A stretch of 64,000 nt of DNA from a virus (Duplodnaviria > Caudoviricetes). Under the pieces are notes generated by a model. The model was not told the DNA's origin, made no database searches, and saw only the letters and a program-made list of their open reading frames with translations. Positions 48,972 through 59,247 of the stretch are shown piece after piece (position 1 is the first letter of the stretch; the number at the start of each line of letters is the position of its first letter). The position numbers and the translations under genes were made by a program. The DNA is taken from the IMG/VR virus record IMGVR_UViG_3300030098_005649. One strand, given 5' to 3'.

Positions 48972-50266
48972 GTGTAGTAGACAAAATAAAGAATCTCATT
49001 GACGAGATTGAATCAGATAAGAGTGTATTGAGGTACTCGTACAATACCTCAGATATAGTTCCTGGTAAGACTCCAATATACTATTCAGGTCCTTATTGGG
49101 ATTCTGATGAGTTGAAGGCTGGTGTTGTTTCATTTTTGACTGGTAAGTGGTTGAGTTCAGGTGAAAATGTATATAAATTTGAAAAGAAATTCTCAAAAAG
49201 ATTCAAGTGTGGAAACTCAGTTATGGTCAATAGTGGTAGTTCTGCAAATCTTGTTATGATTGCAGGAATAAAGAAACATTTGAAATGGAATGATGGTGAT
49301 GAGATAATTGTATCACCAGTTGGATTTCCAACTACCATTGCACCTATTGTTCAGAATAATATGACACCAATATTTGTGGACATCGAATTCGACACATTGA
49401 ACTTTGATGTAAAACTAATAGAGAAAAAGATAACAAGTAAAACACGAGGTATATTTTTATCACCAGTATTAGGTAATCCTTGTAATATGGATTTCTTGGA
49501 TTACTTATGTAAGAAATATAACTTGGAATTAATTTTAGATGGGTGTGATTCACTTGGTACATTATGGAATGGTAAATATCTAACAGAAATGGCAAAAGTA
49601 TCTTCTTGTTCTTTTTATCCAGCACATCACATTACTTGTGGTGAGGGTGGTATGATTTCATCAACAGATGAGGATTTGATTTCTATGGTGAGAAGTTTTT
49701 CTTGGTGGGGAAGAGATTGTTATTGTGTCGGTAGTGCTAATTTACTTGCTTGTGGAACTTGTGGTAATAGATTTGATAAATGGTTAGAACCAATGTATGA
49801 TGGTATAGTAGACCACAAATATATTTTTACCAATATGGGATACAATCTAAAACCATTAGACTTACAAGGTGCACTTGGACTCGAACAATTGAAGAAGTTT
49901 GATTTCATTGAAGAGAAAAGAAGAGAGTCAAGAGAAAGAGTTTCTAAAATATTTGAAGATAATCTTGATATAAAAGTACCAATTCAGTTAGACCAAGCCG
50001 ATACTTCGTGGTTTGGTACACCAATAATTTGTAAGGACAAGGAACAAAAAGATAAGATTGTTAGTCACCTTGAAGAAAATAAAATACAGACTCGTAACTA
50101 TTTTGCGGGTAATATTTTGATACATTCTGGTTACTCACATTTGGATGATTACAAATTATATCCAAATTCAAATGAAGTCTTGGATAGAATATTTTTTGTA
50201 GGGGCTGCACCACATTACAACGATGATGTGTTTCAGTACATAGAGGATGTAGTGAGAAAAATATGA
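48968..50266 (+). CDS. rfbH: RfbH/DdhC-type NDP-4-keto-6-deoxyhexose 3-dehydrase
   Basis: NSGSSANL, GFPTT, GNP, CDSLG, SFYPAHHITCGEGG (His in place of the PLP Lys), GRDCYC...CGTC, GYNLKPLDLQG; start moved to 48968. Confidence 0.9.
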   Translation: MSVVDKIKNLIDEIESDKSVLRYSYNTSDIVPGKTPIYYSGPYWDSDELKAGVVSFLTGKWLSSGENVYKFEKKFSKRFKCGNSVMVNSGSSANLVMIAGIKKHLKWNDGDEIIVSPVGFPTTIAPIVQNNMTPIFVDIEFDTLNFDVKLIEKKITSKTRGIFLSPVLGNPCNMDFLDYLCKKYNLELILDGCDSLGTLWNGKYLTEMAKVSSCSFYPAHHITCGEGGMISSTDEDLISMVRSFSWWGRDCYCVGSANLLACGTCGNRFDKWLEPMYDGIVDHKYIFTNMGYNLKPLDLQGALGLEQLKKFDFIEEKRRESRERVSKIFEDNLDIKVPIQLDQADTSWFGTPIICKDKEQKDKIVSHLEENKIQTRNYFAGNILIHSGYSHLDDYKLYPNSNEVLDRIFFVGAAPHYNDDVFQYIEDVVRKI

Positions 50267-51111
50267 GTCAGTTAGGAGATAGGAAAGTATCAATTGTTAT
50301 TTCACTTTTCTTGAAAACAAGAGCAGTTGTAGGTGGTTCACGAGACAATCCAAATAATAATACTAAATTATTTGATATGTGTCAAAATGTTATGAAGTAT
50401 GCCAATTCGATATCAAATAAAAACATACAAGTGTTCTTGGGAGTAAACTATACAGAGGATTCTGATAAGAAATGTTTAGATTATTTGGAAAAAGAATCTG
50501 ATAGAAATCAATTTATCACCTTTGTACGAAGAAATAATAATTTAGGTGGTTGGTCGTATGGATTGTTTGATTATGTATTTAGACAAGAAAGAGATAATGG
50601 ATATGATTATTTTATATTCTACGAAGATGACCAGGTTTCAAAGTATGGGTGGGATGAAAATGTAATATCAAATTCGATTATGACAATGGAAAAGAATAAT
50701 GAAATAGGATTTTTTGCATCAATTGGAGTGAATAAAAGAGACCCATTCAAAAGAATAGGTACTTGTTCTGCACATAATGGTACAGGAATGTCTTCAACTA
50801 AAATCTTGGGTGAGGTTTGTGATAAGTGGGGACAATTGAATTGGTCAAAAGTTGAGGGTGGATTTATTCACAATGGGTATGGTGATAAAATTCAAGTAAC
50901 AGGATTGACCAGACCACAAATGGTAGAAAGAGCCCTTGAGTTTTTACCACAATATACTGAGGATGTAACTTCATCATACAATAGAAAAGTTCAAGCCGCA
51001 TTTAGTGAGGTGGATTTTACTGATAGTATTTGTAAGTTGGGTTATGGAATCTATGAAGAAAAAGGTGGACCAGGTGGTAAGGGAGTTTTACATTGGAGGA
51101 CAGCAAAATGA
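50263..51111 (+). CDS. hypothetical protein, GT-A-like
   Basis: RNNNLGGWSYG...YFIFYEDD. Confidence 0.45.
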   Translation: MSQLGDRKVSIVISLFLKTRAVVGGSRDNPNNNTKLFDMCQNVMKYANSISNKNIQVFLGVNYTEDSDKKCLDYLEKESDRNQFITFVRRNNNLGGWSYGLFDYVFRQERDNGYDYFIFYEDDQVSKYGWDENVISNSIMTMEKNNEIGFFASIGVNKRDPFKRIGTCSAHNGTGMSSTKILGEVCDKWGQLNWSKVEGGFIHNGYGDKIQVTGLTRPQMVERALEFLPQYTEDVTSSYNRKVQAAFSEVDFTDSICKLGYGIYEEKGGPGGKGVLHWRTAK

Positions 51112-51848
51112 AAAAAACTATAGTAGTTGGAACAGGAAGATGTGGTACACGAGGGTTTGCAAAAGCCTTTGGTGGAGTTCACGAGTATAAAACATTCGAG
51201 AGATTTCATCCATTATATGTTAGGATGAACACTGCAGTTCGTAATCCATTTCCAAGATTTGAAGACAGACTTTATAGTTCAAAGTTGATGTATCACGACT
51301 TAGAACAATTACATCCACATAAAGAATCATTTATGAATGTAGATAATTCTATGACTTGGTTGGTAGATGGAATCTATAAATTCTTTGAGGGTGATGTGAA
51401 GTTTATTTTATTAGTAAGAGATGGTAGAGATTTTGTTACATCAGCCGTAAATAGAGGATGGGCAGAGAGAGTGGAGTTAGACCATTATCCATTAGAGGGT
51501 GATTTGGTTAGAGACAGATGGGACAATATGTCTTTGATTGGAAAGGCATCTTGGATGTGGAATGAAAGAAATAGAAGGGCACTAAATTATTTGGCAGAGA
51601 TACCAGAAGATAGTTGGAAAGTACACAGAATCGAGGATTCAACAGAAGAGAGTTTGAAAGAGTTATCAGTATGGTGTGAACAACCATTAGTTGATTCCAA
51701 TCAGATTTTGAAAGGTAATGAGAATACAAACATTGGAAGTGGAAGGTATAATAAGAAAATAGAAAACCACCAAAGATGGAATGAAAAAGAAAAATTAGAC
51801 TTTTGGGAATACTCTCAAGAGTTACAGGAGTATTTTGGATATGAGTAA
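51108..51848 (+). CDS. sulfotransferase
   Basis: VVGTGRCGT (5'-PSB loop), LVRDGRDFVTS (3'-PB motif); start moved to 51108. Confidence 0.75.
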   Translation: MKKTIVVGTGRCGTRGFAKAFGGVHEYKTFERFHPLYVRMNTAVRNPFPRFEDRLYSSKLMYHDLEQLHPHKESFMNVDNSMTWLVDGIYKFFEGDVKFILLVRDGRDFVTSAVNRGWAERVELDHYPLEGDLVRDRWDNMSLIGKASWMWNERNRRALNYLAEIPEDSWKVHRIEDSTEESLKELSVWCEQPLVDSNQILKGNENTNIGSGRYNKKIENHQRWNEKEKLDFWEYSQELQEYFGYE

Positions 51849-52590
51849 AGTATTATTTGTAATACCCACAACTGCAAGAAGATTGAAGTTGTTATCTAAT
51901 GTAGTACAAGAGGTATTGGATAAAAATAAAAACCACGAGTGTGAATTTATTGTGGTAAAAAATGGTAATTTTCCTGAAGATGTATATGATGAGTTTGAAT
52001 TACAACCAGAAGTAATCAAAGAAAGGTCAGAACCTGCAGCAAATATTGCAGTGGCAATAAACAAAGGACTTTCATATCAAAGAGATGACCACGATTGGGT
52101 AGTTATACTTGAGGACGATTTTTTAATACATAAGGAGAATTGGATTGATACTTATATAAAAGTTATGGAGTCAAAAGATAAATGTGGTTGTATTGGTTCA
52201 CGAGTTCACGGAAAACAAAGTAAAATGAGAGTACCAAGTTTACAATTTGAGTCACCTCAATCGTTTGAAGTTTTTTGGACAGATGGGGTAAACTTTCTAA
52301 GGCCAGAAATTACTTGGGACCATAAATTAGATGAACAATTTTGGGGAAACTCAGAAGTACCAGATTATTGTGTAACACTTATAGACCACGGTTGGGAAAA
52401 TTGGTATGTTTATGTTGAACACACTCACGACACAATATCAGAAGAAAAGAAATATGAATATTCAGAAACACATATCAATCAGTTTGCAAACAGAGGTAAG
52501 TTGTGGACTAAATGGTGTGAGACAGATAATGATAAAATTTTTACTTATGTGATGATGGATTTAGTAGAGGACAGACAATATGCAGAATAA
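51841..52590 (+). CDS. GT2-like glycosyltransferase
   Basis: FVIPT, NIAVAINKG, ILEDD. Confidence 0.7.
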   Translation: MSKVLFVIPTTARRLKLLSNVVQEVLDKNKNHECEFIVVKNGNFPEDVYDEFELQPEVIKERSEPAANIAVAINKGLSYQRDDHDWVVILEDDFLIHKENWIDTYIKVMESKDKCGCIGSRVHGKQSKMRVPSLQFESPQSFEVFWTDGVNFLRPEITWDHKLDEQFWGNSEVPDYCVTLIDHGWENWYVYVEHTHDTISEEKKYEYSETHINQFANRGKLWTKWCETDNDKIFTYVMMDLVEDRQYAE

Positions 52591-53425
52591 AAATCTTGTA
52601 TGGTTGAATGGTATAGTACCAACAGACCCTATGATTAGAAGAAAATACGGGTTTGATAACATAGATTGGATTGAGTTATCAAAGTATTATTGGAGTAAGT
52701 ATTGTGAGATACACGATGGTATAGATTTATATCATTATGAAAAAGTTGGTCCACCATATACGAATACAAATAAACATAGAGTACCTTGGACACGATGGTT
52801 TGACCAAATAAAATTTCTTGAAAGACCAGAGAACTCTCATTACGAAAAAGTGTACTCAGTTGATGCAAGTACATTGATAAATTTGAAAGAATGTCCTAAT
52901 ATATTTACACGAACCGAAAGAGAACCCGACAATGACTTTTGGGGTACTCGTGACTTTGCAAATCTTGGGTGGACATATGATGGTATTGTTGGTTATGAAG
53001 ACATATGTAATTACAATAATATAAAATATGACCACACGAGATACTTTGCTGCTGGGCATGTCTTGTATGATGTGAAGAAAATGTTACCTATGTTGAAAAA
53101 ATTAGAGAAGTTTTACAACGATAATATGGAAGTAATACTTGAGAAACAAAATCACTCTGTTAGAAAAGGTACAGACCAAGTAGTATTCAATTGGTTAGTT
53201 CAATCAGAGGGAATCAAATATGACTTATCTTTATTGGATGTTAGGTATCAGGCAACACATTTCAAACGATATGAATGGGATAAGGCAGCAGATGGATACT
53301 TGAGACAAAATTATATATTATCTATTTCAGGTATGTCAAAGAAAGACGAAAGAGGTATTTTGATGAAAGAGTTACACGAGTTACTACTAAATCTTTATCC
53401 AGACTATATAGGAGCTGTAAAATGA
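52580..53425 (+). CDS. GT-A (GT8-like) glycosyltransferase
   Basis: VYSVDAST, YFAAG, TDQVVFN; resembles the next gene. Confidence 0.65.
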   Translation: MQNKNLVWLNGIVPTDPMIRRKYGFDNIDWIELSKYYWSKYCEIHDGIDLYHYEKVGPPYTNTNKHRVPWTRWFDQIKFLERPENSHYEKVYSVDASTLINLKECPNIFTRTEREPDNDFWGTRDFANLGWTYDGIVGYEDICNYNNIKYDHTRYFAAGHVLYDVKKMLPMLKKLEKFYNDNMEVILEKQNHSVRKGTDQVVFNWLVQSEGIKYDLSLLDVRYQATHFKRYEWDKAADGYLRQNYILSISGMSKKDERGILMKELHELLLNLYPDYIGAVK

Positions 53426-54153
53426 ATGTAGTTTTTATGATTGATATACAAAATGACGATAGGTCAAAAAACACACCTTACAAATTGAGTCAAGAAGTGT
53501 GGAAGGCTTGGATAGAAGATAAACCTGATACAGAATTATTTGTATTGAATGAACCACTATTTGATGACCCAAACATAAGACCTAATTTTTACAAAATGTA
53601 TTTTCCTCAGTTGATGGAGGCTACAGGACAAGAATGGGACAAATGTTTGTATGTAGATTCAGATACAATTCCCTCACCAGACTTACCAAATATATTTGAT
53701 GTGGTTGGTGATAAATTTGGTGTGGTTAGAAACTTTGGTTCGTGTGAATGGGTAGTGAGGTCAATATTGAATTGGAGAAACAATTTATTTCCTGAAGAAC
53801 CAATACTAAATTACTCAAGGTATTTCAATTCTGGTATGATGGTATTTTCAAAACACCATACTGAATTTTTTGAAAAGGCACAAGAATGTTTTACAGAAAA
53901 CTTTGCAAAAATTATGGGGTTGGTAAGACTTGGGTGTGGTATAGACCAAACTATGTTGAACTTTTTGACAAGAAAACATAATGTAGATATGATGTGGTTA
54001 CCATATGAATATAATATGCAAGACCTAATAAGATTTGAAGTACCAGAAGATTGGCCAGGATACATATGGCATTTCAATGCCATACCCAATGACCCACAAA
54101 AACATCATACTAATATATTGATGCAAACAAAGGCAAATTACTTATGGAGATAA
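53422..54153 (+). CDS. GT8-like glycosyltransferase
   Basis: LYVDSDTI, YFNSGMMV, DQTMLN, WHFN. Confidence 0.85.
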   Translation: MNVVFMIDIQNDDRSKNTPYKLSQEVWKAWIEDKPDTELFVLNEPLFDDPNIRPNFYKMYFPQLMEATGQEWDKCLYVDSDTIPSPDLPNIFDVVGDKFGVVRNFGSCEWVVRSILNWRNNLFPEEPILNYSRYFNSGMMVFSKHHTEFFEKAQECFTENFAKIMGLVRLGCGIDQTMLNFLTRKHNVDMMWLPYEYNMQDLIRFEVPEDWPGYIWHFNAIPNDPQKHHTNILMQTKANYLWR

Positions 54154-55148
54154 AATATAGATACATTGTAGGTTGTCACATAATGTTTTATGAAATTGAT
54201 ATGATAACCGAGTATATAGATTCTCTTGTACAATGGGACTATATAACTAATAAAGAAAATATAACTATAGATTTATTTTATAATATGAGTCAGTATTTTG
54301 AAAAGATGGATACTGATAAAGTAAAGAAACACGAATTTTTAATTAGGTTCAAACGACAAGTTGCGAGACTTGAATCATTAGGATTTCTTGTTGAGTATGA
54401 GGTTTATGATGATGATGAAACACCATACACAATGTCAGACTATCGTAGAGACCTAAATTATAAATCTGTAAACTCACTCAAATATGATTATACGATATGG
54501 GGTGAAAGTGATTGTTTACTACCAAAAGAAATGTTACCAACACTTGACCACATAATGGATAACTCACCAGTACCAAGATACATTGTGACATTTGCCATAA
54601 GAAAGATGTGGGATGATAGTTGGAGAGTATTAGAACATCCAAAGTTTACTGATAGTCCATTTTATGAAATGGCTGACCCAAAAGCACTTACAGAAGATTC
54701 GTCAATCAGAAATACTATGAGTCTCGAAAGAATGAATGAGATAAATTCAGAGACAGATGGTGATTTATCAGTATACGATTTGAATTTTCCAAAGTTTGAT
54801 GGTAGTGGATTGGTAATGACCAATCAATTATTGATGACAGGTTGTAATATACCAAAGTCTGTTTTTATGAATGGTGATGATACTGCATTCTTGGAGAGTG
54901 TGAGATTACATATGGGTAATCAGTATAAACAATATGTTGTGAAGAATATTCTAAAGGTTCATAATAGAAATCATCCAAACAAACGATTTTATGTAAAGGG
55001 TGAGGACGATACCAAACAATCACATTTCAAAAGACAAACAAATTGGTATAAAGAATTCAATGTGTTATCAAAGGGTAATTTGAATAATTTATATCACAAT
55101 CAAAAGAGGTTTCTAACATATGAAGACTTTAGAAAAACCAAAACATAA
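54144..55148 (+). CDS. GT-A-like glycosyltransferase
   Basis: GCHIMFYE, WGESDCL, KFDGSGL, GDDTAF. Confidence 0.55.
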   Translation: MEIKYRYIVGCHIMFYEIDMITEYIDSLVQWDYITNKENITIDLFYNMSQYFEKMDTDKVKKHEFLIRFKRQVARLESLGFLVEYEVYDDDETPYTMSDYRRDLNYKSVNSLKYDYTIWGESDCLLPKEMLPTLDHIMDNSPVPRYIVTFAIRKMWDDSWRVLEHPKFTDSPFYEMADPKALTEDSSIRNTMSLERMNEINSETDGDLSVYDLNFPKFDGSGLVMTNQLLMTGCNIPKSVFMNGDDTAFLESVRLHMGNQYKQYVVKNILKVHNRNHPNKRFYVKGEDDTKQSHFKRQTNWYKEFNVLSKGNLNNLYHNQKRFLTYEDFRKTKT

Positions 55149-56112
55149 AGTAGCATTTTTTAGTGAGATGGGATTCACGAGTAAAGTCACTCGTGAACAC
55201 GCTAATATGAGAACAGAATTTGCATGGTTTTGTGCACTTGATGCCGACCATTATCCATTATCAGAAGATGTTGGAGAGGGTTGGAATAAAGATGGTATGG
55301 GTGAATATGATTTTGGAATAGTAATCATACCAAAGAATTACATACCATTCAAAATGGATAACATAAAAAGGATGTGTAAAAAAGTTGGATTTATGCAAGA
55401 AGGTCCAAGTTGGTATTTTCAAGACCTACCATTTGCAGAACAAATTCATATGGTAAATAATATGACTTCTGCAGATTTTATATTTGCACATAATGATAGA
55501 GATGCAAAATACTATGAAGGTCTTTTAGGTAAACCAACTTTCATAAACCCAACACTTATGATAACAGATTTGTTAGATGACTTGCCACATAAAGATAAAG
55601 ACGATAAAGTATTGGTAGGTGGTAATTTTGTCAGATGGTATGGTGGTTGGAATTCTTTTATAGTTGCAAGAGATTTAGGAGTACCAATTTGGTTACCAAG
55701 TATGGGTAAGATGAACGAACAAGAAAAATATTTTGAAGAGGTCAATCATTTACCTTATATGGATTGGTTTGGTTGGATGAAATCAATACGAGACTTCAAG
55801 TACGCAGTTCATTTGAATCCAAATACAATCGGTGGTACATTTTATTTGAATTGTGCGTATTGGGGAATACCTTGTGTTGGAAATAAACATACCAATACAC
55901 AATGGAAATGTTTTCCAGAAACATCAGTAGAACCAGATGACTTATTAGGAGCAAAAAAACTTGTAAAGAAGTTACGAGACAATAAACACTTCTATAATTC
56001 TGTATCAAAACAGGCAAAATATAATTTTAATAAACATTTTGGGGAAGAAGTATATATTTATATAATGAATAGGAGATTCGATGAAATCAATAAGTTACAT
56101 ACTACCAAGTAG
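55120..56112 (+). CDS. GT-B-like glycosyltransferase
   Basis: GTFYLNCAYWGIPCVG resembles a GT-B C-terminal motif; cluster context. Confidence 0.55.
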   Translation: MKTLEKPKHKVAFFSEMGFTSKVTREHANMRTEFAWFCALDADHYPLSEDVGEGWNKDGMGEYDFGIVIIPKNYIPFKMDNIKRMCKKVGFMQEGPSWYFQDLPFAEQIHMVNNMTSADFIFAHNDRDAKYYEGLLGKPTFINPTLMITDLLDDLPHKDKDDKVLVGGNFVRWYGGWNSFIVARDLGVPIWLPSMGKMNEQEKYFEEVNHLPYMDWFGWMKSIRDFKYAVHLNPNTIGGTFYLNCAYWGIPCVGNKHTNTQWKCFPETSVEPDDLLGAKKLVKKLRDNKHFYNSVSKQAKYNFNKHFGEEVYIYIMNRRFDEINKLHTTK

Positions 56113-57328
56113 AAATAATCTAAAATATCTAAAACAGGCATACGAAAGTATACGAAAGAACTCTTCACTACCATATGAAATTTGTATCGCGAGTGATGCA
56201 AGTACGGATGGTACGGTTGAATGGGTTCAAAGTATAATGAAAGAAGATGAGAATGTAAAACTTCATATCAATGAAGGTCCTGAGAGACTTGGACATACTA
56301 TATTATACGATACACTAATAAATGAATATGCAACAAATGATATTGTTATGATATTTCACGCGGATATGTATCTAACACCCAATTCAGATAAAGAAATTGA
56401 TAGACTATTAGAAAAGGGAAAAGTAGTATCATTCACAAGAATAGAACCACCACTACATCCTGATGGGCCAGAGAAAATATTATTAGACTTTGGTATAGAA
56501 CCAGAAGAGTTCAAAGAAGAGGAATTATTAAAAACGGTGGAAGATTTACAGACAGGAAGGGATGGAATCAAGTATGGCCCTCTCTTATTGAATCACGATA
56601 GAACCAATGGTATATTCGCACCTTGGGCTATATATAAAGAGGACTTTCAATCTATCGGTGGACACGACCCACTCTACGCTCCTCAATCAAAAGAAGACTC
56701 TGATATATTCAATCGTTTCAAACTAAATGGTTACGAGTTTATACAAACTTGGAAAGGATTTGTATATCATATGACTTGTAGAGGTTCACGATTCAAAGAT
56801 GGGGCCATACGAAATCCTAGCGGACAAGTTTTTATGAGAAATAGAGAATCGGATGAGTGGTTGAAACAGAATGAAAGAAGTACAAGAAATTTTGTTCGTA
56901 AATGGGGACACTTAGTAAAACACGATGAAAAATTACATCCTATCATTCCACCAAAATATAATGTTGGTTTTGTGGTAGAGAATTGTAACTATGAATTTCT
57001 AAGAGAATTAGAGCCGTGGTGTGATAACATATATGGTGATTGGGTTGGACATAAAGGTATTTATGTAAACAAATACATTGAGGATGAACAACCAAATACT
57101 CAGTTTGATTTGAGTAAAAGAATTAGAACACAACATACTAATCCAACAAATAACATCGTGATTAGATTCGATTGTAGTAAAGTTACACAACAGAGTTTCG
57201 ATATAATTGTAAATTTATCAGAGATACTACAAGAAAGTGCAGAGTTAGGTACTATGGAATTAGACATATTCAACTTTGAAATAAAGTCTTTGAAGACATA
57301 TGAAAAGGATTTGATTGTATGTCAATAA
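56081..57328 (+). CDS. GT2-family glycosyltransferase with C-terminal extension
   Basis: ILPSRNNL, DASTDGT, FHADMY, APW..YK..F..IGGHD, EDSD. Confidence 0.88.
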   Translation: MKSISYILPSRNNLKYLKQAYESIRKNSSLPYEICIASDASTDGTVEWVQSIMKEDENVKLHINEGPERLGHTILYDTLINEYATNDIVMIFHADMYLTPNSDKEIDRLLEKGKVVSFTRIEPPLHPDGPEKILLDFGIEPEEFKEEELLKTVEDLQTGRDGIKYGPLLLNHDRTNGIFAPWAIYKEDFQSIGGHDPLYAPQSKEDSDIFNRFKLNGYEFIQTWKGFVYHMTCRGSRFKDGAIRNPSGQVFMRNRESDEWLKQNERSTRNFVRKWGHLVKHDEKLHPIIPPKYNVGFVVENCNYEFLRELEPWCDNIYGDWVGHKGIYVNKYIEDEQPNTQFDLSKRIRTQHTNPTNNIVIRFDCSKVTQQSFDIIVNLSEILQESAELGTMELDIFNFEIKSLKTYEKDLIVCQ

Positions 57329-57612
57329 GAAAATCTTATTACAAAGATTATCTATCACTACATAAAAATAGAAAGAATCGTAGACTACATTTTATAGGTC
57401 AATGGGTCACACTATTTGTTGTTAGTTATATGTTTTATAGTGGATTTTATTGGTTACTACCAATCATACCATTTATAATCTATCCATTTGCTTGGACAGG
57501 ACATTATTTGTATGAGAAGAACGAACCAGCAGCCTTTCATAATCCAATAAAGGCTAAAATATCAGATTGGATTATGTTTTGGGATATACTAAAGGGTAAG
57601 ATAAAGATATGA
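57319..57612 (+). CDS. DUF962/Mpo1-like membrane protein
   Basis: LH.N..NRRLHFIG, YPFAWTGH..YEKNEPAAF..P. Confidence 0.85.
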   Translation: MSIRKSYYKDYLSLHKNRKNRRLHFIGQWVTLFVVSYMFYSGFYWLLPIIPFIIYPFAWTGHYLYEKNEPAAFHNPIKAKISDWIMFWDILKGKIKI

Positions 57613-57851
57613 CATACTTTTTGATGCACAAATTTGAGTCAAAAGAAAATCTGATGTATAGTAGTAACATATTAGGAGAAGAGAGTTTGGGTACTTTTTA
57701 TCCTGAACAAGGATGGGTGGCACTACATAATATGATGAATAACCACGCAGAAATGTTGGAGAACTACATTATACTTGATGAAAAGGGTAAGAAATATACT
57801 ATGACAGAGTTTCTTGATGTTGTAGAAAAATTAAAAATAAAAAGGGCTTGA
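57609..57851 (+). CDS. hypothetical protein
   Basis: 80 aa coupled ORF. Confidence 0.55.
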   Translation: MTYFLMHKFESKENLMYSSNILGEESLGTFYPEQGWVALHNMMNNHAEMLENYIILDEKGKKYTMTEFLDVVEKLKIKRA

Positions 57852-57876
57852 CTTTATATAATATTATTCGTAACTT
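57848..57876 (+). promoter_or_regulatory. sigma70-type promoter
   Basis: TTGACT-17 nt-TAACTT; the -35 box overlaps the upstream TGA stop. Confidence 0.7.
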
Positions 57877-57889
57877 ATAGGAGTAAAAA

Positions 57890-58075
57890 ATGAGTAATAA
57901 TGATGGTTTTATGAATTACGAAGAACTCGCAGAACGACTTGAAGAAGAGAGTTTCAGTATAAAAACCAACACAAAAAAACATCCAAAGAAAAAGAAAAAG
58001 TCTTGGGTAAAAAGTAAAGGAACGAAAAATGAGAAACCTCAGTATAATAAAAAAGGTAATCGTAAACGGATTTAG
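57890..58075 (+). CDS. small protein with Lys-rich C-terminus
   Basis: AGGAG RBS; 61 aa. Confidence 0.55.
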   Translation: MSNNDGFMNYEELAERLEEESFSIKTNTKKHPKKKKKSWVKSKGTKNEKPQYNKKGNRKRI

Positions 58076-58634
58076 TTTATCACTACTACTTCTGATTGGA
58101 TGTGAATTAGATCCTGTCGGTGGTTATTATGTTTGGGATGAGGACTGCCAATGTGAAGTCCATATATCAGAGTACGAAAAAAACTCTGATTTTGAAGTTG
58201 AACTATTTATTGATGGTAGAGCACCTATTGATGATAATGGGTATTACCATTTGACATTGAGTCGTACAAACTGGCAAACTCTACATAGAATGGAAATGAC
58301 ATTGTTATATGATGGAGAACCCGCTCAATATAAAAATTTAGCCTTTCGTTCCAATTTATTTTGGGAGTTAGGTGACACACTTGGATATATACATACAATA
58401 GGATTGACAGATGATATGGTATATGTTTCTGTTGATACAAGTTATATTATATTACCAGGTGATAATGTTGTACCTACATCAAATCAAAAATCTATAACAG
58501 ATGATGAGGGAGTGACAAGTAATATGTTGGCACCTGTACAAAGTATGGTTGGTGACACTATGAATGTTAGTGTTTATTATAGAGATGGTAAAGGTGAGGT
58601 ACAAAGAAAAGAAATCAATTATGTTTTAGAATAG
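58029..58634 (+). CDS. putative lipoprotein (paralog of 22257-22757)
   Basis: lipobox LLIG-C; FRSNLFW...SNMLAPVQSM. Confidence 0.7.
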   Translation: MRNLSIIKKVIVNGFSLSLLLLIGCELDPVGGYYVWDEDCQCEVHISEYEKNSDFEVELFIDGRAPIDDNGYYHLTLSRTNWQTLHRMEMTLLYDGEPAQYKNLAFRSNLFWELGDTLGYIHTIGLTDDMVYVSVDTSYIILPGDNVVPTSNQKSITDDEGVTSNMLAPVQSMVGDTMNVSVYYRDGKGEVQRKEINYVLE

Positions 58635-58644
58635 GAGTCTAATA

Positions 58645-58908
58645 ATGAAGTTTCTACTTGTAGACAAGTATGATAATATAGTGACATCAGTAAATCTTGC
58701 GAGTAATGTTGGAATAAATGGAGCGAAAACTTATTTCAAAGGTGTAAAACTAATGCCTAAAGATGAAGATTTTGATAAGTTATGGCGAGTTATGACAGAA
58801 GAACAATATGATACGAACTTCAAAAGTAATTTACAAAACAGGCAAAATAAACAATACGAATGGTGGAAAGATGAACCAAAAGGTCCCGATGATGGGATAG
58901 ATTATTAG
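58645..58908 (+). CDS. hypothetical protein
   Basis: AGGAG RBS; 87 aa. Confidence 0.6.
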   Translation: MKFLLVDKYDNIVTSVNLASNVGINGAKTYFKGVKLMPKDEDFDKLWRVMTEEQYDTNFKSNLQNRQNKQYEWWKDEPKGPDDGIDY

Positions 58909-58917
58909 GGTAAAATT

Positions 58918-59247
58918 ATGGCAAATAAAAAGAGTAAGTTGGATACATCAAAGGTCTTGAAAAAAGTTTTAGAGGCACCTGAGGATATCGGACAAGACTA
59001 TTTAGATAAAGAAGAACTAAAAGAACTACTCGATACTATACCAGAACTCGCAGAAGAGTTGAATGATTTGGTGGATGAGATGAGTAGTCTCGGTAAAGAA
59101 ATTGTAGAAGATTTTGGTATCGATGAAGATAATGATAACTCTGATGTAATAGTACAAGTACATCAAGATTCACCTATATTGGAAGAAGATGGGAAAGAAG
59201 ATAAACATATCAAGTCTGGGAACTCCGAAGAATCCGTTCAGAAGTAA
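58918..59247 (+). CDS. acidic hypothetical protein
   Basis: 109 aa ORF. Confidence 0.5.
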   Translation: MANKKSKLDTSKVLKKVLEAPEDIGQDYLDKEELKELLDTIPELAEELNDLVDEMSSLGKEIVEDFGIDEDNDNSDVIVQVHQDSPILEEDGKEDKHIKSGNSEESVQK

